Below the pieces are notes generated by a model, which worked only from the letters and a program-made list of their open reading frames with translations, did no database searches and was not told where the DNA came from. This document shows, piece after piece, positions 53,201 to 64,000 of a stretch of DNA of 64,000 bases. The translations under genes and the position numbers were made by a program. Source of the DNA: Cycas panzhihuaensis. Taxonomy: Eukaryota > Plantae > Cycadophyta. The stretch spans positions 208,699,741 to 208,763,740 of the forward strand of contig CM041465.1 in the NCBI GenBank assembly GCA_023213395.1. Direction: 5' to 3'. Each line of letters opens with the position of its first letter. The first letter of the stretch is position 1.

Positions 53201-54872
53201 CTGAAATTTTGCATGTATACAATTATACAAATTTTAGAGAAAGTGGTCCTAAAAGAAAGATCTTGATGAGAGGATTCCAGATATGTAAAAATATTTGGGG
53301 GATCTACTTTAGTTTATCTAAAAATAGGCCCAAAAACCCAAAATTGTGATTAGGGTTTTCTGAGAAAAAATCTTGTAATTTAAAAAATCCCTAATCAAAT
53401 GACATGAAATTGGACTCAAAAGAAGTGGACTGAACAGACGAATAAATTTTGTCTGGTATTACCCAGAATGATTGAGTGATTTGAGTAGAATCTTTAGAGA
53501 AGTCTCCAAACCTGTGTAATTAGAAAAGGGGCCAAAAGTGCTTGAAAATTAGCTTGAATGAATTCGACCCAATTGAAATAATTGATGGCCTCGACAAAAC
53601 ACTTCTCCTGGTGAAATTTTGTATGATTCTGAGCACTTCGATTTTTTTGGTTTGTACACGTTCGTACAAGCTCATATAGGTCTGTACAATAGTCGTTTTG
53701 TTCTTAATTTGTCTGCTTCTCACATTGTATTTGATAAATAAATTACTTTTATCAACACCTTCAATAGATTTCTTAGTTACATATGGCTTTCTTCGACACT
53801 AGACCTCCTCTCAGGACTTTATCAGACGAGCGATTTGCCGTTCTCTGATACCATGTAAGAAACCTTCAATAAATAAAGATGAAATTCATTGATTATGTGA
53901 GAGAGACTCTCCCCATATATACATCAGTTGTTTGTAACTGTTTAGTGATGTGCCACTCATTTGACACTTTTCTTTATTATAAGAAGAGGGGTTTTATACA
54001 TGACCCTCATGATGTCCTAGATAAAACATTACTTTCTAACAAATTCCAACTGTAAAAGAAATATTAGGTCTAGTAGTAGAATTCCCACCAGTTGTTTGTA
54101 TATTTTTGGATCAAGATCTGCTCCAGCATCTTGTGTTGTTAATTTGGAACTTGTCTCCATCAGGGTATAGGTAGATTTGTTGTCAACTATTCTGAATTTC
54201 TTTTGAATTTCCCAAGCGTAGTTCACCTACGAGATGAAGACATGAGGCCTTTGCCATGCTTCGACTCCAAGGAAGTAAAGTAGAATTCCTAGATACATCA
54301 TCTCAAAGAAATGAATAAGGTTTGCCTTCAAGTTTTATATCATATCAATATCATCACTTGTGATCAGTAAATTGTTAACATACAATACCACAAACATAAT
54401 TTTATCATTTTTGCTTTGATGTATAGGTTTGAGTCAATTGGAAATCTCTCAAACCCATTTTTTAGAAAGTACTAATCAATCTTTTCATACTAGGCTCTAA
54501 GAGCTTGTTTTAGGCCATACAAGGCCTTTTTAAGTCAGCATACCAAGCACTCTTGACTTTTTTCAACAAAGCTAGGTGGCTACTCCATGTAGACTTCTTC
54601 TATTAGATCCCCATTCAAGAATATGCTTTTCACATTCATATGGTGAAAATGCCAATTGAATTACGCAACCATCACCACGATGAGTCAGACAATGTTCATT
54701 TAAGCAACAAGAGTGAATGTTTCTTGCTAGTCAATCCCTTTTTGCTACTTGAAGCCTTTCGCTACAAGTTGAGCTTTATATTTGTCTACAAATCCACTAG
54801 ATTTAAACTTAGTCCTATAGATCCATTTGCAACCAATTGCATGCTTTCTAGTTGGTAATCCAACCAAATCCC

Positions 54873-57080
54873 TGTAAAAAAAAAACTTCAATATGAACTT
54901 AAAATGCTTTGATTATATGAGAGACTCTCTCTCTATATATACATCAATGGTTTGTAACCGATCATTATCAGTATATCATTTGTCTGACACTTGTCTTTCT
55001 TAAAACAAAGAGGGATTTAGCACATGACCGTTATAATATTCTAGATAAAATATTACCTTTTAACACCCTCTCTTAATGTTTTATCTACTTAAACCTAACC
55101 TACTTCTAAAGAATTGAAATTTGTCCTTTCTAAGGGGTTTTGTCAAAATATCTACAAGTTGTTCATTTGTTGTGCAATGTATCAGGTCTATCTCCTTGTT
55201 TTGTACTTTTTCCCGTATGAAGTGATGGTGAACTTCAATATGCTTGGTGCGTGCATGAAAGATTAGATTCTTGGTCAATTTTATTGCACTCTGGTTGTCA
55301 CAGAAACGTGTCATTGACTCTTGTTATTGCTAGTTTAAATCTGTCAACAATTGTCTTAACTATACTGCTTCATAAGATGCGCTGGTTGTTGACTTGTATT
55401 TTGCTTCTATGGAGGACAATGCAACTATTGGTTGTCGTTTGCTACTCCATAATACTACGGCCGACCCAAAGAAGAAACAATACCCACTAGTTGACTTTCT
55501 TTTTTCTTTATCTTCTGCCCAGTTTGAATTACAAAAACCACTTAATTTACCTATCTCTTATTTTGGATATGTGATTTTTAAATTTGAAGTTCCTTTTAGA
55601 TATCTAAGTATCCTCTTTGTTGCTCTCCAATGTGCTAATTTTGGATCCTGCATATATCTGGATATTAATCCAATAGAGTAAGAAATATCAGGCCTAGTTG
55701 CAGTGAGATATATTAAACTCCCAACTAATTGTCTATACAAGGTTGTATCAACAGAAGTATGTTTTGTAGATGGAGTCAAGTCATAGCCAATTTCCATGGG
55801 AGTTGCATAACTATTATATTCTTTCATTTTGAATTTTACTAGTAGATCCTCAGTGTATTTGTTTTGTGTCAAGGTGATTGAGTATTCCTTCTGATTGACT
55901 TCTATACCAAGGTAATAATTTAGAAGTCCTAAATTAGTCATCTCAAACCCTTTTTCTAATTTCCCTTTTATATCTATGATGGATTCTGTGTCATTGCCTT
56001 TGAGAATCATGTCATCAACATATATTATAATTATTATGATCAACCCTTGATTTTTCTTCATATGTAAGTTGGAATCTAAATCACTTCTGTGGCACCCATT
56101 CTAAGCGAGATATTTGTCCAATTTAGTATACCAAGCCCTTGGAGCCTATTTTAGTCCATCTAGGGTCTTTTTCAGTCTACATATAAGATGTTCTTGTCCA
56201 TTTTGAACATATCCTTCTGGGTGCTTCATATAAACCTCTTCTTCAAGGTCTCCATTTAAAAAGGCACTCTTCACATCTAATTGGTAAAATTTCCAATTTT
56301 GTTGTGCAGCTAATGCTATTACCATTCTAACTGTATTTAGTTTGGCTACTAGAGAGAAGGTTTTATCATAATCTACTCTAGTAGTCTGAGTGTAACCCTT
56401 GGCTACCAATCTAGTTTTGTACTTTTCTATCATACCACCAAAGTTTTCTTTTATTTTATATACCACTTATAGTTGACAATGGATTTACCTGTAGGTGTTT
56501 CGACCAACTCCCATGTCTTGTTTTTGGAAACTGATTCCATTTTTGTGTCCATTGGAACTTGCCATTCTTCATGCTAACTTGCTTCTTCGTATGATTGTGT
56601 TTCTACAGAGCAAAATAGGGCTTGATGTTTTTGTGCCCTCATTTTGTGAGTGAATACATCTCCTTTGACCTCCTCAATGGTTTTGAGGTACAATTTGGGT
56701 ATCTTTTTGGAAGATGTTATTGTTTCTTCCTCTTCTTTAGGACTTGAATCTATGAGAGGTGAAGGTGCTTTTTTTGATTGTTCTTCATCTGTTCCAATAT
56801 CTTTAGATGTGATTCTTGATATTTCTTTAGGTGGAGTCACTTCTATTAAAGCCTTTTTTGCGGGCTCTCTGATTTCTTAGTATGACAATGGACTTGTAAC
56901 AATGTATTTTTCATTGAATATGACATCTCTATTTACATAGACTCTATTTGTTTTTGGGTCTATGAGCCTATAGACTTTTGAATTTTTACTGTAACCTCTC
57001 ATTATGCACTCTACGCTTTTACAATCAAGTTTTGATCTTTTCTTGTTTGGAATGTGCACAAAAGCTCTTGCAAACACTTC
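54873..57080 (-). mobile_element. Ty1/copia B', 5'-truncated relative of B
   Basis: LTR 54873-55065 homologous to the B LTRs, PPT, RH (FCDNQSAIKL, HARTKHIEVHHHFIRE), RT (YQLDVKSAFLNGDL, IYVDDMIL), INT tail. Confidence 0.92.
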
Positions 57081-57699
57081 ATGTGTTAAATTTCATATAC
57101 TCAATTACTTCATTTTGAAGCCCTTTTTTGAGATATTTTTAGCATTGTAAGCAACAACATTATACACTTAAGTAAAATTTAACTAAGTAAAACTTAAATC
57201 TTTTAAAAATTTGCTTTAAAATCTTGTGGGAGAGGCCCGAAGAAGGTTCAAACCTTGCCTCTATAATCTCAAACTTGGTGCATTCCCTAAGGGACCAACT
57301 GACCATACGGTCAGTGCACAACAATTAAAATTTCTTAAAGTAAAGGGGGTTTGAAAAGGGTGTTATTGGGGCTAAGAATCCCAAGGAAATCATGGTACGT
57401 CTGTGTAGATCAACCCTACCTAGCCTTGCCCTAGATTTGGCTTGGCTAATTGTTGGATCTACTTATAAAGATCAGGGTTGGACCAACTCTTAAGCCTAGT
57501 CTTCCACCCCTCATCACTCTCTTCAGTTGTTGGATCTTCTTGTAAGATCAAGGATGTTGGTGTGTTAGAAGGTGGAACTTAAGTGACGAAAGCTTTGAGT
57601 TTCCAAGTCATCTGCTAGCTTCAAGACCATTAATCAATTTGAACATAATGGTTGCCATTAACATGCTTAATGCATGCACAATTAAATTAAATAGTGAAG

Positions 57700-59874
57700 A
57701 TAACTATCAGTAATGGAAGAGATAAAGTAAAAATCTATTAATCATAAATGAATTTTGGAGATTTATTTTTAATAAAAATCCCAAACCTATATATATGGAA
57801 AGTCCAACTGATAGAAATGTTTTTATTCAGCCTGATCCAATTTTAGTTGTTGCTTGGGAAGCTAAGGATGAAATTGCCTTAGCATTTTTACATATTATTG
57901 TTGATGTAAATGTGGGTCAAAATACTTCATGTGCCAAAACATCAAAAGAAGCTTAGAATACTTTGTCTTCATTATAAGAAAGGCAAGATAAGGCTCGCAT
58001 CATGATGATCAAAGCAAAGTTGTATTCTTTGAAATTTATAAAGCCCCTGTTGGCATTCGTATTTGTTATCAAAGAGATTTGTAATGAGTTAAATACTCTT
58101 GGTAAACCAGTTTCTAGAGATAAACTTGTAACTTCAACTTTGCATGCTTTACCAAAAGAATATAATGGATTCATTTCATCAATTATTAGAGATGGCACAT
58201 TAGCTACTTTGACTTTCAATCAACTTAAAAGTCTCCTTCTTCAAGAAGAACAAATTTACTTGAGGTAGGAAGAACCATCAACTTCAGGAGCATTCACGGT
58301 CAAGTTCAAGGCTAAACAGAGTCCCAAACATTCACTTCAAAAGTAGTTTAGGAACATGAATATTGACACATCTAAAGCCAATGTAATCTGTCATTATTAT
58401 GGCAAGGTGGGCCACATAGCTCCTGAATGTAAAAAAAACAATCAGATATGGAACAACCTCGTCAACAATAATCTTAATAGCACCAACAACAACAACAACT
58501 CCTTAAACCAAATCTAAGTGATTTTCGAGGAGGTCAAAGAGGAAGGGGGTCTTTAAAGGTGGTAATCAATGCCACATAAATCAATTTGCAAATGAAGATA
58601 AGATGTTTTGTGCTTATGAAAATTCTAAAAATGATAATAATTAGATTATTGATTCAGGGGCATCTCGACACATGGCTGGCAATGAAGAATTACTTTACAA
58701 TATGAAAGAAGAGGGCAATCTATTATATTTAGTAACAATGAATCTGTTGATATTTTTGCTATAAGCAAAATTGCCTCATTTCATTCACCTAACAACTATG
58801 CTTCCACATTTCCCACTGGAGATGCCTACTTAATACTCTTAATGGAGAAGAGTCTCTTATTTGTTAGTCAGTTAGACAAACAATAGATGAGTATTTTATT
58901 TAAAGGTGGAAAATGCATAATTAGTGACAAGAATGATCAAGTGATAGCCATTGGTCATGAAGACCATGGACTTTATAAATTAGATGCATCAAACATTACA
59001 CTTGATATTGCCTATTCTGTCACTCAATTATGTCAAAAGATCAACTTTGGAATAATAGACTAGGCCACTTGAGCCTAGAAAATATCAAGGTGATGTTCAA
59101 TAAAAATATGGTGTATGGACTTCCAAAGATATCTAGATCAAAGTGTCTTTGTAAAGCATGTATCATGGGGACTCAACATAGACAGCCTTTTCCTAAAGCC
59201 AATTCATGGCATACATTGCAACCCTTGCAACTAATCCATACAGATTTATATGGACCCATGTCCACGACATCCCTTGGAGGTGCTTTGTATTATGTCACTT
59301 TCATTGATGATTTTTCGTATAAAGGTCACTTGTACTTCATCAAGCAAAAATCAGAGGCATTTGAAAATTTCAAGGAATTCAAACTAGAGGTGGAAAATGA
59401 ATTTAGATACTCAATCAAAATCTTGAGATCAGATAATGGAGGTGAATTTATCTTAAAGGAATTCAATCAATTTGGCACGGATCATGGAATCAAGCAACAA
59501 CTCACTACTCGTCATACACCTTAGCAAAATGAAGTTTCTTAGCATATAAACAGGATTTTGGGTGATAAAGCCAAAACAATGATGCATGCGAAAGGGCTAC
59601 CTCGTTCCTATTGGGAAGAAGCATTCCACATAACAGCCTATGTGGCAAACAAGAGTCAACTTCAACAGTCACTGATATCACACCAGAGGAGGCCTGGTTT
59701 GGCAGAAAGCCAATAGTTAGCCATTTGAGGGCTTTTGGGTGTACTGTTTATATGCACATTCCTCATCAACAAAGAACTAAGATAAAAATAGTCTTAAATG
59801 TATTTTTGTTGGTTATGCTATTTGCAACAAAGGATATAGGATATATGTGTTGGCATTAAAATTAACTCAATGGC
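57700..59874 (+). mobile_element. Ty1/copia E: gag-protease-integrase remnant, interrupted by gypsy F
   Basis: gag ORF 58002..58268, decayed knuckle CHYYGKVGHIAPEC, PR IIDSGASRHMAG, INT LWNNRLGH..CKAC..IHTDL..FIDDFS..LRSDNGGEF. Own LTR/PBS not identified. Confidence 0.88.
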
Positions 59875-60685
59875 TGTATTGACCAAAGGAAGGCAAGTAC
59901 GGACCACGCGGAGGTACGCACGAGGCGAAATAGTGAAAACCAAAGATTCCGGCACGTATGATGTGCACGCACTGAACGGCACGCATGATGTGCACGCATC
60001 AAAGAGCGGAATAGAACCGAACGGAAGCGGTACGCATGACAAGACGGACCGTGGAGGCCTCGAAGCTTCAGACGCACGCACGGACGCATTTGACCTAAAG
60101 AGACATTAGTTAAAGTGTATAACTAATGATTAAAGTGAAAGGGTACCTTGGTAACAAAAAGGTATGGTTATGACTTTGGGTCATGACCTTTCATCCAAAA
60201 GGCATCAAAGGGACATATTTAATGGTGCTTTGAGGACCATTCCAGGGTAAGAGCCGAGTTATTCATTCCTATGTCATGTGCTCGAGGGTGAGAGCCGGAG
60301 ATCAAAGGTACGCCAAGGTGCCGAAGACAGTACGTATGACAGCCGATTGGAGCATGAGTGCATGATAAGTACCATGGAGTACGCATATGTAATGAAGGAT
60401 CAGATATCTTTCTGGAATGCTCAGAATGCATTCCACTGTAAATGAACTGTTGAATTAATAAAAGAAGAGTTACGTGGAAATTGGTGCATTCTTGATGTGT
60501 GTTGATGATTTCTTTGGAGTATGTATTGATTGCATCATGCTGTGTACCATTCTCGTGAATTATATATGGAATGTATGTGGAATGTATATGTATAACCATG
60601 TTGATGTGTCCTAAAACTAGACTATAGCTGTGTAACCTTGACAAGTGCATTGATTCCACAAGGAGTGGAATCTAGCGACCAACAT

Positions 60686-60698
60686 TGGTTCCGTTGCC
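60686..60698 (+). promoter_or_regulatory. PBS, tRNA-Asp-like
   Basis: TGGTTCCGTTGCC, 11/13 match to the TGGCGCCGTTGCC PBS typical of Athila-type elements, 1 nt after the LTR-terminal CA. Confidence 0.7.
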
Positions 60699-60822
60699 TC
60701 GTCCATTGAGGAGGGACAGGCCTAGGGGTTTCATAGGAAAAAGAATGTGTAAAGGGCGAGGACCCTCATTGCCGTCGTGATGGCGGGTCAGAACTAAGCC
60801 ACAGTGCCTGTGGGACCTTCCA

Positions 60823-62457
60823 ATGCCACCCAAGAGGCCTTCAAGGTCGGAAGAGCCCCAGAAGGATACTTCACCCAAGGAAAAGGAGACTAGTAGACAA
60901 AGGGCACTAAGATGGTCAAAAGAAGCAAAACTCAGAAGGGCGAGGAGGTTAAGTTCGCAGAACAACGAGACTAAGGGACAGTCCGTTGAAGAATCTGAGG
61001 CAAGTGGAGCCCAGACACCTCAGGAGGAGGAAACCCATGGCGAACGCATGGTATTGACACCAGCCCCTATCAGAGATGATTTGTTTAGCCCGGAGTTGGA
61101 AGGAAAGCCAAAAGTGGATGAAAAGCATAAAGAGATCATAACAGAGGGAAGTATACCAGTGGAGGACAGCCCGAAGGACCTAGGTGACAGCGATAAGAAG
61201 GCGGAGGAAGGTCCCTCGGCATATTGGGAAAACAAGCTAACGAGGCAGCTGTTTGAAGATTCGACAGAAAAGGGTTCTGATCAATCTTACATTACGGTAA
61301 CACCATTAACTATACAAGTTCCAGGTGTAGTGGAACCTATACATATAAAAACTCCGTTCAAGAATCCGTTGTTTGGAAAGGATACGGCAGCAGTAGTCAC
61401 TCCCAGTGCATCCCCAAAAGACGGAGGAGGGGAAAGATCACCATCAGGTGGGGGACGGTTGCAATCTCCCAAGATGGACGACTATAGAGACTTTGGGAGA
61501 CTTACCTTTAATGATACTTCAGACGCAGCAGAGCATGTGTATTTGTTTCAGAACCTCATTGATGTTAAGAAGATTACAGACGAAGACGAGATTAAAGCAC
61601 GCTTCGCTTGTACATTGAGAGGAGTACCCTTGGCTTGGTACAAGGAAATAAACAAAAATGAGCCATGGGCAAGGGTTAAGAAAGCGTTTGAAGAGAGATT
61701 CCAAAAGTTTCGCAGTAATGAAGCTGTGGAAATCGCATTGCGAGAAATCAGGCAGAGGCCGGGGGAATCCGTCCTAACATACATCAGCCGAATGAAGATC
61801 ATTGCAGCGAGTATGATCAATGAGACAATTACGGATCATAACATGAAGAATTACTTCGTCAGAGGGCTAAATGAAAAGTTGCGAGCTATGATGCAGGCTC
61901 ATCCGTTGAAATCTTTCAAGAATGCTCAAGAGTTGGCATTTGATTTCGAGATGGAAATGGATGCCCAAGCAGGGGGACAAGATTCCTTGCTGCTAAGATT
62001 ACAAGACGAGATTAGAGAGCTGAAACAGAATCAGCACAATCGACCCTTCTGCCAGGTAGGGGTAGCAGAAGAGGAGTCTGAATTAGAGGCACTGAGGAAA
62101 GAGGTAGCCCGATTGAAAATCAGAAATAATCGGGAAGAAGAAGAGACACCGAAGAAGAAAGAGCACACTGGAAGGGTGACCAAGTGGTGCCATATTTGTG
62201 AAGAAAACTCACATACCACCCGGGAATGTGATTTGAACTTAAAAAACAATGCGACGCACCAACAGGAGAAGTGGTGCCACATATGTGAGGTTGATACCCA
62301 CACAACTAGGGATTGTTTCTACAATTCCAGGGGAAAAGCATTCAGAGGTCGAGGTCGGGGAAGAGGCAACCCACCTCGCAATGTGTATACAACGAGAGGC
62401 GCAGCAGAGCCCTCGAGGAAGAAACAGCCGATGGGGAGATGCCTCATCTGCCTCTGA
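60823..62457 (+). CDS. gag: Gag (retrotransposon capsid, coiled coil, CCHC zinc knuckles), 544 aa
   Basis: FACTLRGVPLAWY..W..VKKAFEERF, LREIRQRPGESV..YI.R, YFVRGL; WCHICEENSHTTREC and WCHICEVDTHTTRDC; RG-rich tract. Confidence 0.9.
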   Translation: MPPKRPSRSEEPQKDTSPKEKETSRQRALRWSKEAKLRRARRLSSQNNETKGQSVEESEASGAQTPQEEETHGERMVLTPAPIRDDLFSPELEGKPKVDEKHKEIITEGSIPVEDSPKDLGDSDKKAEEGPSAYWENKLTRQLFEDSTEKGSDQSYITVTPLTIQVPGVVEPIHIKTPFKNPLFGKDTAAVVTPSASPKDGGGERSPSGGGRLQSPKMDDYRDFGRLTFNDTSDAAEHVYLFQNLIDVKKITDEDEIKARFACTLRGVPLAWYKEINKNEPWARVKKAFEERFQKFRSNEAVEIALREIRQRPGESVLTYISRMKIIAASMINETITDHNMKNYFVRGLNEKLRAMMQAHPLKSFKNAQELAFDFEMEMDAQAGGQDSLLLRLQDEIRELKQNQHNRPFCQVGVAEEESELEALRKEVARLKIRNNREEEETPKKKEHTGRVTKWCHICEENSHTTRECDLNLKNNATHQQEKWCHICEVDTHTTRDCFYNSRGKAFRGRGRGRGNPPRNVYTTRGAAEPSRKKQPMGRCLICL

Positions 62458-62459
62458 TT

Positions 62460-63490
62460 CGAACCTGGAAGTCCGAATGCCCGATGAAGCTAGAATACGA
62501 ACAAAAACCGTTCGTATGTGGTAACTGTGGCCCAAGTGACCACAAAACAGAAGATTGCAAGGGTAAAGCCAAAGCAACGAACTTAATGACGATCGTGCCG
62601 GAAACGAAAAATGTGAAATTACAGAATAAACAGAAAGTGAAAGTGGATGAAGAATATCCACACCCCCCAACTGAATTGGATCGGTACAAAAAAGCGAAAC
62701 AGGTGTTGGACGGTTTAGTCCAGGAGGAAAATATACTACCAATGGGTAAACCAGAAACAAAAAATGTTTATGTGCGGAAAAATAAACAAAAAGAGCCAGA
62801 GAAACTACCAGAAGAATCAACGGTAAAACCCCAAATGGTGCAAATGGAGGAGTTATTTAAAGGATTACCAACCGAAGATATTCCCAGAATGTTGGTACTA
62901 ATGGAGAATCTAGTGAAGCAGTTGCAGTTGACTATTCCTCTGTCTCAGGTGATTGATTGGATTAAAGGAGGTGTGTTGCAAAGAGGAATTACCAAAAGTT
63001 TGAAACAAGTTATACCATCGTTTGACATGGATCCAATGGTAACCATGTCCGTATTGGGAGAAACATTTCCTCGAGTCATTGTGGATGGAGGTGCAAAGAA
63101 GAATGTGTTACCCGCTGCAACATGGCGTAAATTGGGAAGCCCGAAGTTGGAAGCGGCAACCTATTCACTGAAGTTGGCCAATGAGTTATTGGTACGACCC
63201 ATGGGAAAACTGACCAACACCAAGGTGGATGTGGCAGGAATTGTCGTAAAGATTGATTTTACGATTGTGGAAACGGAGAAAGGTGCAACTCCCTATCCAG
63301 CTTTATTGGGGAGACCATGGCTATACAAAACCCAATGTCTCCAAAGTTGGAAAGACGTAACCTTCACCTTGTCAGATGAAGGAAATAAAGTAGTATTACC
63401 AATGTTGGGGAAGAACTCCATTGAGGTGATACCTGATAATGGATCAAGTACAACCGTTGTAAGGGAAGCAACAACTTCTTCATGTGACAA
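62460..63490 (+). CDS. Gag C-terminus plus aspartic protease (frameshifted continuation; ORF 62313..63602)
   Basis: CGNCGPSDHKTEDC knuckle; VIVDGGAKKNVL, LKLAN, ALLGRPWL retropepsin motifs. Confidence 0.88.
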
Positions 63491-64000
63491 AGAAAACCTC
63501 TATCATATCGCGAGAAGCCTACAACATCGACCCATTACCAGAAAGAAGAACCGACCTATTTTGGAGAAATTTACAATTCTTCAGATGATGAAAACGAGAT
63601 GAGATTTGTGGATTATTGGCTACGATACGATTATGAAGTCAACCCCTCATCCTATAGATGTAACCTACTTTCTCGGAATGTGACCGAAATAGTTGCCACT
63701 CCAGAAGATAGAAATCATGGAGAATATGTTGGAGATTATGTGAAACCCTTTTATGGAGAACCACTATGTGGAATTTCCCATTCGAGACATTGTAGAGAAC
63801 ATTGGTTAGGAGAAGACCAATTAAGGGATCATAAGAAGAAATCGACAAAGCATACCACACCAAGGAAAAGGCGGAAAAGGACAAGGCACGACCGCCACGA
63901 CAAGACATCGTATTTCAAGAAGGGTGATCGAGTATGGCAATTCGACAACAAATCCCAAACAACCCAAGGAGAATTGAAGATGCATTGGAAAGGCCCATAT
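63488..64000 (+). CDS. Open frame (171 codons, not in the ORF track): linker plus integrase C-terminal GPY/F module
   Basis: Hand translation is stop-free and ends RHDRHDKTSYFKKGDRVWQFDNKSQTTQGELKMHWKGPY. Confidence 0.78.

Larger units (their letters stand above)
40796..54041 (-). mobile_element. Full-length degenerate Ty1/copia B with about 190-bp LTRs
   Basis: LTRs 40796-40990 and 53854-54041, PBS TGGTATCAGAG (53843-53853), PPT 40991-40999, TSD ATTCC (right copy after one extra A). gag, PR (IDLGASKHMT), INT (FIDDFSRKVW), RT (VYVDDMIL), RH (FCDSDW, RKSTSGY). Confidence 0.94.
35984..54872 (-). mobile_element. Ty1/copia A, fragmented (35984-36534, 40404-40795, 54042-54872); 5' part missing
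   Basis: 3' LTR about 35984-36311 with PPT 36312-36320. RNase H (DNQSTLKI|EKNPVLHDHTKHIELH) and RT (TRPNISFTVG|MVSRF) rejoin across inserts H and B. Confidence 0.88.
59875..64000 (+). mobile_element. Young non-chromovirus Ty3/gypsy F (Athila/Tat-like), lacking RT, RNase H and integrase core; runs off the window
   Basis: 5' LTR TGTATTGACC...GACCAACA (59875-60684), Asp-type PBS, long gag and PR ORFs, then GPY/F motif at the window end; CpG retained. Confidence 0.88.

Noticed and set aside
62313-62457. Programmed -1 frameshift between gag and protease in F
   Set aside because: The break falls inside a reconstructable CCHC knuckle and is explained by a CGA-to-TGA change plus a 1-bp deletion; no convincing slippery heptamer at that point.
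60219-62820. Antisense and overlapping ORFs over F (e.g. 60219..60659, 62239..62820)
   Set aside because: Shadow frames of the LTR and gag with no recognisable motifs.

Overview
AT-rich, CpG-depleted plant nuclear DNA made almost entirely of nested, mostly decayed retroelements; a large-genome seed plant is inferred from TE types and density, not proven. No intact host gene, rRNA, functional tRNA or CRISPR array is supportable. From LTR ends, PBS/PPT sites and target-site duplications (TSDs) I reconstruct the following. Copia-1 (1-4294,+) sits in a gypsy gag/5'LTR relic. An L1 LINE with RNase H occupies 7582-10930 (-). A fragmented chromovirus D (about 13860-35983,-) hosts copia C (itself split by composite insert I), an unusual 8.85-kb element X and copia A. 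Copia A hosts non-autonomous element H, copia B (containing chromovirus G and a 2.5-kb tandem duplication) and copia B'. Copia E follows and is interrupted by a young CpG-rich gypsy F. The two most unusual objects are X and F. X (24986-33838) has 2.45-kb direct terminal repeats containing GT-AG exon/intron structure, an 8-9-bp rather than 5-bp TSD, a stand-alone archaeal-type RNase H and a roughly ten-fold dispersed motif. F (59875-64000) has a Gag with four CCHC knuckles and a protease that runs into the integrase GPY/F tail, with no RT, RNase H or integrase core. All coordinates were read by eye and identity values are rough visual estimates.
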